Of a DNA stretch of 64,000 nucleotides, positions 42,638-52,071 are shown one piece after another. The first letter of the stretch is position 1; each line of letters starts with the position of its first letter. A program made the position numbers and the translations under genes. Origin of the DNA: Ferruginibacter sp. Lineage in GTDB: Bacteria > Bacteroidota > Bacteroidia > Chitinophagales > Chitinophagaceae. Under the pieces are notes generated by a model. That model ran no database searches. It had not been told where the DNA came from and saw only the letters and a program-made list of their open reading frames with translations. The stretch covers positions 482 to 64,481 of the forward strand of contig JAYTLA010000042.1 of assembly GCA_043729825.1 (NCBI GenBank), read 5' to 3'.

Positions 42638-45600
42638 TTAAAAATTAACCAAACTCCTTCCAGTTTGTTTATAAGCTCCAAACAAGTCTGCTAATTTTCT
42701 TGAGCTAGATATGGTTGTAAAACTACTATTGCTTAATATAACAATTAGCGCATCTTCATCGAGCAAGCGAATAAACACCGATCGGTTACCATGCCACCAC
42801 CCATTGTGGTAAATAATTTTTTTACCATTTGGCACTAGCAATATTCTCCAGCCAAGACCATAGTTACTTTGGTCTGCAATAAGCGCACTATTTGGGGTAT
42901 AAGCCAATGATAAACTTTCTTTAGAAAATACTTTACCATCACGCAGGGCTTTGTCCCACTTCATCATATCTTTTACTGTGGTATAAATATTCTTATCTCC
43001 ATAAATAAAATCTAAGAATTTTAAATCGTATGCCTTGCCATTTTTGTAATACGATGGCGTAGCCGTTTTTGCGGTAGCAGATGTAAACACATAAGTATCT
43101 TCCATATTTAATGGCTTGAAGAATTTTTCGGATAAATATTGCCCATACGATTGCCCACTTATTTTTTCAATAATTAATGCCAGCATGGCAAAATTTGTAT
43201 TGCTATAATTAAATGCGCCGCCTGGTTTCCCCGTTTGTATTTTGTCTTTATTTTTTATGATGTATTGCAACAAGTCGGCATTGCTTATCATATTGCTTTT
43301 GTCCACATCGGCTGCTTGCATAAATTTTACATAATCTTCTATACCGCTTTTGTGGCTCAATAGCATTTTTATGTTGATGCCAGCAATTGGAAAGCTTGGC
43401 AAATATTTTGTTACATCATCGTTCAAAGAAATTTTCTTTTCTTCTACCATTTTTAAAATAGCCATAGCGGTAAAAGTTTTTGCTACAGAAGCTAAATCAA
43501 ACGCTGTATGATTGTTCACATTATTGCCTTTGTATTTTTCATACAATACACTATCTTTTTTTGCTACCAATACTTGCCCACTAAAATCTGGCGGCAAAAT
43601 ATCTGCTAAAACTTTTTCTATTGCCGTAGGCGTTGGTGTAGGTGTATTTGCAGATGAGGTTGGAGGATTTCCATTTGGCGGATTGTTTCCACCACCATTT
43701 GGTGGCAGTACAATTATATCTTTGTCCACCGAAATTTGAAATTTACATTCGCATTTTTTCCCACCACAATAAGCAGTAAGTGTAACGGTATAAATTCCTT
43801 TTATGGGGAACATAATATTTTCGTACAACGTAGCCCCAATGTGCGTGTAAATAATATCGCCGGTTTGGTTACGAATTACCACTTCGTTTTTTATTGCCAC
43901 ACAACCTGGTTTACAATTGTACATACCGCTAAGCAAATAAGGCGTATTAAAACTATAGCCAGTTATACTACTGTTGCAAAAAATAAATGTTTTTGGTTTT
44001 GGAATTCCTACACCTACTGGAGTAATGTATAAGTTATTCCAATTATTACCAGCACTGCATTCACAATCATCGCCAGTGTTTGTAACTTTTGCGCAAACAT
44101 TTTTTTCGCACACCCTGCACTCTTCATCGGTAATGGCAAGGTGCATACAAAATTTATCTACAATAAGCTTACAATTACTTTTTGGCGCAGCCGCAAAAGA
44201 TACTTGCAATGGAATAGAGTAAGTGCCAGGAGGCAATGCAGCACCGAGTTTAAAAATTAATTCTTTCGGACAATCTGTAGTAGAGGCAGATGGTGGAATG
44301 CTTGCACCTGTAAAATTATCCCATACTAAACTACCTACTGTTTGTGATGCATTTGCCGGATAAATACAAGCTCTATCTTCTATTGCAGCTTTGCAATTTT
44401 TGCAAGAAGGGTCGCTCCAGTGGTATTTTAAATCGGCCACATTTAAGCGTACTTCTTTTAAAGGTTTTGTACTTGTAAATGTAAAACTGCCTTGCATAAT
44501 ATTGCCAGATATTGTACCCATTGTAAAACTTGCATTGTCAAACATGGTTGGGCAATTATCGCAAGGAGGCAAAAGTGTACAATCTTTCACAAACAAATCG
44601 AACGTACCAGTAGTATCTGGACAAGCACCCATAAATGTTACGATGGCATAAAAATGATGATCGCCAGGGCCAATAAGTGCAAGCGGTAAATGAATAGAAT
44701 TTGTACCTATTGGTGTACCACTATCGTACCACTGTATGCTATAAGATGATGAAGACACACCACCACCCAATGGTAAAGGAAAATGTACAGTATCTGTTAA
44801 ACAAAGCGTATCGCATCCTACAGGAAATAAAGACACATCGGCACGTGGTTTTATAATACCACCAAAAGCATTTGCTGTACAACCATGCGGATCTGTTGCT
44901 GTAACCGTTACCATACCTGCAAATCCTGTAATCAACGTATTGCCTATTATACCATTACCCCATTGGTACATGTATGAGCCAGTACCAAGTGTTGGTAATG
45001 CTAAAGCGGTAAATGTATATTTATTTCCTTCGCACAATGTGCCCACAGGCCCTGTGATAGCAACTGTTGGCGAGCTATAAGCAAAAACACAAAGCGTATC
45101 TTTTGTGGTGCAATTTGTAATTGTATTTATAGCAGATAAAATTATTTGATAAGTACCTACAGCACCCGAAATAGTAACATACGTATTAATACCAGTAGTT
45201 GGCGAAAAAGAAATTGAGCCAGGGCCACTACCAGTCCAACTGTAATTTGTGTTAGCCTCCCAAATAATATTTTGTAAAGAAATATAACCATTACCTCCAC
45301 TCATACAAACAATATTTGTACCATCAGTTTTTATTTTTACAATTGGTGCTGCTTTAAAATATACATGTACTGGATCTGATTTTTTTGTACAGCCATTTAT
45401 ACTTGTGGCTATTACATAATAAGTGCCATAGCCTGCATTTGTATATGTTGCAGAAGTTGCGCCAGAAATTAATCCTGCATTGTTATACCATTGAAAAGTT
45501 GAAATATTTGTACCAGTGGCGGTTAAAGTAGCTACACTTCCTGGGCATACAAATTTATCTGCACCTGCAGATACAGTAACTGCTGGATGTATAATAATGG

Positions 45601-48600
45601 TATGTGCTACAGAATCTTTACAACCCAAATTATTTGTAACTACTAAGGAAACAACAAATGGGCCAGTCGTTTGATAGGTGTGCGAAGTAGTGGCTGTTGT
45701 AGCAGTGCTACCATCTCCAAAATACCAGAGATAATGTGGCATACCTGAAGTTGCTGCAAAATCAATTTTTTCATCTACACAACCAGAAGCAGGTGGTGTA
45801 AATGTTGCCGAAAATGCATTTATAAAAACAGGAATAATAATTTCATCTGTACAACCTTTGCATGATGAAGTAACTTTTAATTTAATTAAATATGTGCCAG
45901 TGGTAGTAGCTGTAAAAGTTGGGCTTGGAGCAGTTGTGCTCGAAAAAGTACCCCCACTTGCGCAACTCCATAAATAAGAGGTAATACTACAGCCCGATAA
46001 AACAGTAGATAAATTAGTAAGTGTAACTGTATTACAATTTACAAAATAATTAAAATTAGCTGCTATAGGAACTGTATAATGTATAGTATCGTAATAGTCG
46101 CATACATGCGTTGGAGGTGGCTCTGGGCAGTTGGCCGAAAAATGTGCGGTAACAATATATGTGCCTACAGCATTATAATGGTGTGGTGGTGTAAAGCCTC
46201 CATTAACTGTAACATTATAATAATTGCCATCTCCAAAATTCCAATTTATACCTGCATTAAAAGTTTTAGGTGCATCTAAAGTATAGTTTGCTGAAAAAGA
46301 TGGGTTATTGCAAAGTGCTGTTGGATTATTAATAATGATACCTGTTGTAAATACATTTTCATTTTTTGTATTTTCAAAATAATCTGCTGGACCATTTTTA
46401 GCTAAGTCATCACCTAAAATTAATTGAGGAAATGTTACTTTACAATTTGGGTTACAAGGCCCCTCTGTAACTACAAGTAAGTTTGAAGTGTCTTTACAAT
46501 TGCCGCATGTATGCACAACGTAATAACCGCCAGATGTCGTAACATTTAATGTATTTGCCGTTTGGCCAGAAATGAGAATGCCATTTTTATACCATTGATA
46601 ACTGCAACCTACAGATGGCGATGATGCTGTTTGTAAATTAACATTTATAGGAGAGCCAGTGCAATAGTTTAAATAATTATCCGCAGTAATACTTACTTTG
46701 GTTGCAATAAATTCTGCAGGCACTACAATACTTCCGTAGCCACTACATTGGTTTGGACAACGCACTTCGTAATAGCCAGGCAATGTTGCTAAATATGTTG
46801 AAGATGTAGCACCGCTTATTAAAATGCCATTTCTATACCATTGATAACATGGCATAGAACCTGTAGCAGTAAGGGTTACACCAGGGTTGCAAAGATTACC
46901 AGATTTTGTAACTGTAATATTTGCAGGCGTATTTATAGTAACAGCATAAGCAGTTACAACACCGCAAACAATAATTTCTACAGTGGCTGTATTGTTACCT
47001 GGCACTACATTTCCATTCCATAATATTTGAACCGTATTGCCAGATTGTGAAACAATTGTACCAGCGCTACCACCGCCTACGTTCCATACCCAACCACTTT
47101 GAGGCATAGTTCCAGCAACAGTGTAAGTAACTGTTTCGTTTGCACATACAGTAGTGTTGCCTGTAATAATTGGTTTAGGAAAAGTGTCTATCGCTATTTG
47201 TTTTGGCGATGAAGAACATCCATTTACAGTTTGTGTAACGCTTAAAATAAATGGTAGGGTATTACCCCAAGTAACTACAATAGAATCGTGGTGACTTCCC
47301 ATTTGAGAAGCTATAGTACCGCCAGTAGCTGTCCAATTAAAAATACCATCATTTATATTTGATGAAATAGAATACACTTGTGTGCTGCTTTTACAAACCA
47401 TAAGTGGCCCTAGTATTGCATTTAATTTTGGTGTATCATTTACAATTATTTGCAAAGTAGCTGGGTAAGAGCAATAGCTTGAAGTGGTAGTAGGCGTAGC
47501 AGAAATTAAATATGTGCCTGGTGCATTCCATGTACCCGAAATATTGTTTGTACCATTACCAGTAAAAACATTTGCTGTTGTTATAGTCCATGTACCTGCT
47601 CCATTAGCCGTAAAATTAAAATTATCGCCTACACAAAATTTCGCTAGCCCAGTCATTTTATATTTTGGTAAAATTTTTATGGTATCTTTTGCAATACCAC
47701 TGCAACCAGTTGTAGGATTATTATAGTAACAAGTTAAATAGTAAGTACCCGGTGCACTTCCCCAATTTATATTTATTACACTTGTATTACTATCTGGTCC
47801 AGATATACTTCCACCTCCACTTAAATGCCAACCATAAAATGTGCCAGGCATAGCAGGTAAAGAATAAGATGCTGATGCCGAAGGGCAAATAATTTTACTG
47901 CCCGTTATTGCCATCGATGGATACAACACAGGCACAGCAAGGCTTGCAGTATTTCCGCAAGTTCCTCCACAGCTTCCATTTAATGTAACTATTGCAGGAT
48001 AAGTGCCATCCCATTTTACATTTATACAATTGCCATTTGCCGCTCCTATTATTGTTCCTCCTGATACAGACCAGTTGTAAGAATTACAAGTTGCGGTAGT
48101 ACAATAAGAAGCAGTATCGCCTTTGCACAACATTTTTTTACAGCCCGGTATAATATTTATTCCGCTTTCTGCTTTTACAACTATGGTCATAGCAAAAGTA
48201 TCTTTACAACCACATTCTTTTTCTTGGCCAGAAGCTGGACTTGAAGAGCCTGTAGTTCCATTGGAAGCTGTAAGAACAACATTGTATGTTCCCGGGCCTG
48301 GAAAAATATGAGGTGCAGGATTTACATCTGTTGAAAAAGTTCCATCACCAAAATCCCAAGTATAAGTATTTCCTCCAATAGTGGTATTGTTAAATTGTAT
48401 TGCCGTGTTATTGCAAATTGGTGATGATGGACTACTAGTAAATGCTGCTTTTGGGGCATCTATAAGACAAATTAATTTCTTGATGGTATCTCTACAAGTA
48501 CCATTTGCATTGCTGATAAAAATGCTGATAAAACCTGAGCTACCATTACCCCATGTAATATTTATAGGATTACCAGTGGTGGTTGTAGGTACTCCTCCTA

Positions 48601-48847
48601 ATATTTGCCATGTATAAGTAAAGCCTGGCTCATTAGGAAAAACCATAAAAGGCATGGTTACATTTTTGCAGGCTTTAAAATCGCAAGAGTCTTTTTCGTG
48701 AGGGTTTGAACCTCCTCCTGGGTCAGTTTGCTTTCTGCATTCTTCAATTCCTCCAACCAATTTAAACTCGGGGCAACAAATTTTTTGCGCATTTACATTA
48801 TTAAATGCTGCTACCAATATAATAAATAATACAATTAATTTTTTCAT
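42638..48847 (-). CDS. Giant exported PKD/Ig-repeat protein (2069 aa) with Cys-rich domains A and B and a C-terminal serine beta-lactamase-like domain
   Basis: Signal MKKLIVLF...VNA/Q at 48847; WDFGDG/WNFGDG/WYFGDG PKD motifs; YQWY Ig repeats; Pro/Asn linker; SVAK, YSN, HNG motifs. Confidence 0.85.
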   Translation of the reverse strand: MKKLIVLFIILVAAFNNVNAQKICCPEFKLVGGIEECRKQTDPGGGSNPHEKDSCDFKACKNVTMPFMVFPNEPGFTYTWQILGGVPTTTTGNPINITWGNGSSGFISIFISNANGTCRDTIKKLICLIDAPKAAFTSSPSSPICNNTAIQFNNTTIGGNTYTWDFGDGTFSTDVNPAPHIFPGPGTYNVVLTASNGTTGSSSPASGQEKECGCKDTFAMTIVVKAESGINIIPGCKKMLCKGDTASYCTTATCNSYNWSVSGGTIIGAANGNCINVKWDGTYPAIVTLNGSCGGTCGNTASLAVPVLYPSMAITGSKIICPSASASYSLPAMPGTFYGWHLSGGGSISGPDSNTSVININWGSAPGTYYLTCYYNNPTTGCSGIAKDTIKILPKYKMTGLAKFCVGDNFNFTANGAGTWTITTANVFTGNGTNNISGTWNAPGTYLISATPTTTSSYCSYPATLQIIVNDTPKLNAILGPLMVCKSSTQVYSISSNINDGIFNWTATGGTIASQMGSHHDSIVVTWGNTLPFILSVTQTVNGCSSSPKQIAIDTFPKPIITGNTTVCANETVTYTVAGTMPQSGWVWNVGGGSAGTIVSQSGNTVQILWNGNVVPGNNTATVEIIVCGVVTAYAVTINTPANITVTKSGNLCNPGVTLTATGSMPCYQWYRNGILISGATSSTYLATLPGYYEVRCPNQCSGYGSIVVPAEFIATKVSITADNYLNYCTGSPINVNLQTASSPSVGCSYQWYKNGILISGQTANTLNVTTSGGYYVVHTCGNCKDTSNLLVVTEGPCNPNCKVTFPQLILGDDLAKNGPADYFENTKNENVFTTGIIINNPTALCNNPSFSANYTLDAPKTFNAGINWNFGDGNYYNVTVNGGFTPPHHYNAVGTYIVTAHFSANCPEPPPTHVCDYYDTIHYTVPIAANFNYFVNCNTVTLTNLSTVLSGCSITSYLWSCASGGTFSSTTAPSPTFTATTTGTYLIKLKVTSSCKGCTDEIIIPVFINAFSATFTPPASGCVDEKIDFAATSGMPHYLWYFGDGSTATTATTSHTYQTTGPFVVSLVVTNNLGCKDSVAHTIIIHPAVTVSAGADKFVCPGSVATLTATGTNISTFQWYNNAGLISGATSATYTNAGYGTYYVIATSINGCTKKSDPVHVYFKAAPIVKIKTDGTNIVCMSGGNGYISLQNIIWEANTNYSWTGSGPGSISFSPTTGINTYVTISGAVGTYQIILSAINTITNCTTKDTLCVFAYSSPTVAITGPVGTLCEGNKYTFTALALPTLGTGSYMYQWGNGIIGNTLITGFAGMVTVTATDPHGCTANAFGGIIKPRADVSLFPVGCDTLCLTDTVHFPLPLGGGVSSSSYSIQWYDSGTPIGTNSIHLPLALIGPGDHHFYAIVTFMGACPDTTGTFDLFVKDCTLLPPCDNCPTMFDNASFTMGTISGNIMQGSFTFTSTKPLKEVRLNVADLKYHWSDPSCKNCKAAIEDRACIYPANASQTVGSLVWDNFTGASIPPSASTTDCPKELIFKLGAALPPGTYSIPLQVSFAAAPKSNCKLIVDKFCMHLAITDEECRVCEKNVCAKVTNTGDDCECSAGNNWNNLYITPVGVGIPKPKTFIFCNSSITGYSFNTPYLLSGMYNCKPGCVAIKNEVVIRNQTGDIIYTHIGATLYENIMFPIKGIYTVTLTAYCGGKKCECKFQISVDKDIIVLPPNGGGNNPPNGNPPTSSANTPTPTPTAIEKVLADILPPDFSGQVLVAKKDSVLYEKYKGNNVNNHTAFDLASVAKTFTAMAILKMVEEKKISLNDDVTKYLPSFPIAGINIKMLLSHKSGIEDYVKFMQAADVDKSNMISNADLLQYIIKNKDKIQTGKPGGAFNYSNTNFAMLALIIEKISGQSYGQYLSEKFFKPLNMEDTYVFTSATAKTATPSYYKNGKAYDLKFLDFIYGDKNIYTTVKDMMKWDKALRDGKVFSKESLSLAYTPNSALIADQSNYGLGWRILLVPNGKKIIYHNGWWHGNRSVFIRLLDEDALIVILSNSSFTTISSSRKLADLFGAYKQTGRSLVNF

Positions 48848-48872
48848 CTTTTTATTTTTTAGCAGTCTTACT

Positions 48873-50186
48873 TTAGTTAATAGAATAGTCGTAAATAATA
48901 TATTGCTCACATGTTTTACAATCTTTGTCGGTAAACTTAAATCGTATGCCCACTTTGCCTTTTCGCTTACATGTAGCAGATGGAATACCTGGTAAGGCAA
49001 TTTTTAAATCTAATTTTAAATTGCCTTGTGCATTACAAAACCAAACTATGTTTTGAGCTGGGTACATACCCGATGCACTTAAAGGTGCGCCACTGTTGGG
49101 TATACCGCTATTCCATATCGCTTTATTTATTGGCATAAAATTCCAAACAGCAGCTTCGTTTGTTGTACATTTTCTACAACTTGTATCGGATGAAGATTCA
49201 GATACAAAAGCTATTTCTGCATTTATTTTTGTGATATTATTTGGAGAGATAGTAAAATTCTGTACAACATTTAATAAATTTCCTGCTACTACATTTACAG
49301 TGTTGGATACATTTTTTATAGAATCTTTACAGCAATCATTTTTACTGGAAGAGTCTGGTTGCTCTTCTGTATTTTTTTCAGCAAAGGAAATTTTAAACTG
49401 TGTAGGTTCACTCATATTTGTTTTACAAAGCGGCTTTCCTTCTTGGTCTAATGCTTCTACACGCCATACGTAAGTTGCATTTCGGCGTTCCCATGTGCTA
49501 GGTTTTGAAGTGTATCTTGTTATACCTTTTACATCTTCTTGCAGCACCGGAAAATTATCATACATGGCTTGTGCTTCACTTTGCCCATCTTCTATTTCCC
49601 ATACCGTAAGCCTGTATGTAATGAGCGTTTTTGTAGAAGCAATAAATGGTGTCCATGTAAAAATTTTGGGTATTAAGAAATCTTTCTCTGTAAATATTTG
49701 TTCGTCTCTAGGGCCTATATTTTGTGGAGGATTACAAAATTGCTGCACAGACTCTTCTACCCTAAACTCTCTACATACTTCCTTTACTTCGCCTTGCTGC
49801 CTTGGGTCTTCATTAAAAAATTGTACGCATAAGGAATAATTTCCAGCTGCCAATTTAGGGCAGGTAGTTAAATTTCCAATTACTTCAGCTGTTGTAAAAT
49901 TATGTGTGGGCGCAATGTTTACAAAAGTGGCAGTAGCGGCTGTATTGCCACAAACCCTTGTGCCGCCTTGCTTAATGGTAAATACTGGTTTTACCATAGG
50001 TAAGCTTGTGCCTTGTGGTTGCACTACTAAAATTACAGCAGCAGGTATAGTTGTCCAACTACCTACATCGGCAGGTAACACTGGCTTTACGCTAAAGCTG
50101 AGTATGTTTACATTTTGTGCTTTTATTACATTTGCACCCAATACAAAGTACAAAAGCAGCCATATACATTTTTTATATTTATACAT
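48873..50186 (-). CDS. Exported Ig/FN3-like paralog 2 with C-terminal Cys-rich domain A
   Basis: SPI signal; LPADVGSW, VCGN, NYSLCVQFFN, FTWTP; tail SCRKC...TDKDCKTCE. Confidence 0.8.
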   Translation of the reverse strand: MYKYKKCIWLLLYFVLGANVIKAQNVNILSFSVKPVLPADVGSWTTIPAAVILVVQPQGTSLPMVKPVFTIKQGGTRVCGNTAATATFVNIAPTHNFTTAEVIGNLTTCPKLAAGNYSLCVQFFNEDPRQQGEVKEVCREFRVEESVQQFCNPPQNIGPRDEQIFTEKDFLIPKIFTWTPFIASTKTLITYRLTVWEIEDGQSEAQAMYDNFPVLQEDVKGITRYTSKPSTWERRNATYVWRVEALDQEGKPLCKTNMSEPTQFKISFAEKNTEEQPDSSSKNDCCKDSIKNVSNTVNVVAGNLLNVVQNFTISPNNITKINAEIAFVSESSSDTSCRKCTTNEAAVWNFMPINKAIWNSGIPNSGAPLSASGMYPAQNIVWFCNAQGNLKLDLKIALPGIPSATCKRKGKVGIRFKFTDKDCKTCEQYIIYDYSIN

Positions 50187-50315
50187 TTTATAAAATTTAT
50201 TTTTTACTAGATAATCTTTATGTTTTGGTTTTTATATTTTACTAACAAAAAAACATTTTTGATAATACTTTTATATTCGTTAAATAACTATTTCTTTTAA
50301 GTTGATCAACTGATA

Positions 50316-51143
50316 TTATTTTATTTTAAAAGAATACAATTCACTTATTCCACTATTTTTTCCAATTGGTTTTCCATCTTTATTAAAAGCCTGCACTGTC
50401 CATACAAAATCGCATAAGTATGGGGGTTTGCATGGCTCAGTAAGTATGTTGGCAACAATGGCTTGATTTATATTATTTACTTCTTTTTCTATTATAGGCT
50501 CGTTTACTTTCATTGCCTGTGCACCTGTTTGCCCCTGCATAAGCTGCCATACACGCAGCTTATACATTACTGGGTCTTTAGGTTTTGGTAATACAGGTGT
50601 CCACCTAAATGTTAGTGGGGCTTTTATAGAAATTTCAGTAAATTTTTTTTCGTTTGATGGACTAATGTTTTGTGGTGCACTATAAGACTGTACTAAATCT
50701 TCTACCAAAAAGTCTTTACAAAATTCTCTGCTTATGGGATAGTTATCTACATTAAAAAACTGTGCACAAATAGTATAATTACTTGGCTTAAGTAGTGGGC
50801 ACTGACTAAGCATAGCACTTAACTCAATTGCAGAAAAATTGCGAACGGCAAACACATCCATCGTAGTGGTAGCTTGTGCATTGTTGCCACATACTTTAGT
50901 TCCAGCCTGCTTTATCTGCAAAACCAATTTTATACCTTGTATTTGAGCTTGGGGCAATTTTTGTGCTACCAATAAAAGACTTGTAGGCATAGTTGCCCAG
51001 GTACTCACATCGGCAGGCAATTTATTTTTTACATTAAAGGTTAATATACTTATTTGATTCAGTGGTTGCTGTGCAAAACATTGCTTGCTTATAAATAAGC
51101 AGTTAGAAAAGATAAAAGCGAGTATGTAGTTTTGATATTTCAT
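50316..51143 (-). CDS. Exported Ig/FN3-like paralog 1 (core module only)
   Basis: SPI signal; LPADVSTW, VCGN, NYTICAQFFN, TFRWTP. Confidence 0.8.
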   Translation of the reverse strand: MKYQNYILAFIFSNCLFISKQCFAQQPLNQISILTFNVKNKLPADVSTWATMPTSLLLVAQKLPQAQIQGIKLVLQIKQAGTKVCGNNAQATTTMDVFAVRNFSAIELSAMLSQCPLLKPSNYTICAQFFNVDNYPISREFCKDFLVEDLVQSYSAPQNISPSNEKKFTEISIKAPLTFRWTPVLPKPKDPVMYKLRVWQLMQGQTGAQAMKVNEPIIEKEVNNINQAIVANILTEPCKPPYLCDFVWTVQAFNKDGKPIGKNSGISELYSFKIK

Positions 51144-51190
51144 TCCTCAACATAAAGATGTAAAAGAAAATACTAGCAAAAAAGAAGGAA

Positions 51191-51223
51191 TGTATAAGTG
51201 TAAGGAGATTTTGTATAAGCGTA
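51191..51223 (-). promoter_or_regulatory. Putative LytTR operator upstream of paralog 1
   Basis: TGTATAAGTGTA at 51191 and TGTATAAGCGTA at 51212, 21-bp period. Confidence 0.75.
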
Positions 51224-51297
51224 ATGGAGAATAGTGATTTGTAATTATAAATTTAAGATTATTCTATTTAGATACACGTTTATTGCTGTAACATGTT

Positions 51298-52071
51298 TTA
51301 TTTTTTTCTTAGCCACTTTTCAAACCTACTAAGCAATTCATCTTTTCTTCGAGCTGCTACTGAAAGCCTTGCGCCATTTTCAAGAACCACTTCTCCGCCA
51401 CTGCCTTTAATATATTCTTGTATACCATTAAGGTTTATAATATGCTTATCATGTATGCGCACAAAATTATCAGCAGGCAATAGTTTTTCATATTCTCCAA
51501 GCTGTCGGCTTACTATTATTCTACTATTATCTGCTAAAAAAAAGTTGCTATAATTTCCACTGCTCTCTACATAGCATATTTGAGTGAGTTTTACAAATTG
51601 CAATCCTTGTAATGTTGGTAAAGCTATTTTATCATATTCATTGTTATGATGCACATTTTCTAATAATGAAAAAATATGCTGTGTGTATTTTTTTTCTTCA
51701 ATTTTAATAATGGCTTTTTCTACAGCCGTTACTAATTTTTCTGTAACAATCGGTTTGGTAATATATGCCACAGCATTGTAGTCAAATGCTTCCATGGCAT
51801 ATTCATTATAGGCCGTTACAAAAATAACTTCAAAGCTAAGTGGCTCTAATTTTTTTAACACTTCAAAACCCGTCATACCTGGCATATCTACATCCATAAA
51901 TACAAGCTGAGGCTGTAGTTCTTGTATCATCAATAAACCATCTTTGGAATTGTTGGCTGTTTCAATAATATTTAATGATGTGCAATTTTCTTTAATAAGC
52001 GCTTGTAAAAATTGTAAATTATTAGCCTCATCATCTACCAATATTGTTTTTATATTTTTTAATGTACTCAT
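51298..52071 (-). CDS. LytTR-family response regulator
   Basis: REC (LVDDE, FMDVDMP, VTAY, KP) plus LytTR (FVRIHDKHIIN, VAARRK). Confidence 0.95.
   Translation of the reverse strand: MSTLKNIKTILVDDEANNLQFLQALIKENCTSLNIIETANNSKDGLLMIQELQPQLVFMDVDMPGMTGFEVLKKLEPLSFEVIFVTAYNEYAMEAFDYNAVAYITKPIVTEKLVTAVEKAIIKIEEKKYTQHIFSLLENVHHNNEYDKIALPTLQGLQFVKLTQICYVESSGNYSNFFLADNSRIIVSRQLGEYEKLLPADNFVRIHDKHIINLNGIQEYIKGSGGEVVLENGARLSVAARRKDELLSRFEKWLRKK

Noticed and set aside
42638-43620. Calling the beta-lactamase-like domain a resistance gene
   Set aside because: The motifs define a broad serine hydrolase family; substrate cannot be inferred from sequence
48848-49000. N-terminal extensions in the ORF track (also 42364-42522, 17055-17162, 39124-39195, 24328-24381, 59374-59394)
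   Set aside because: Downstream ATGs give proper signal peptides or family N-termini; several extensions overlap other genes or operator sites
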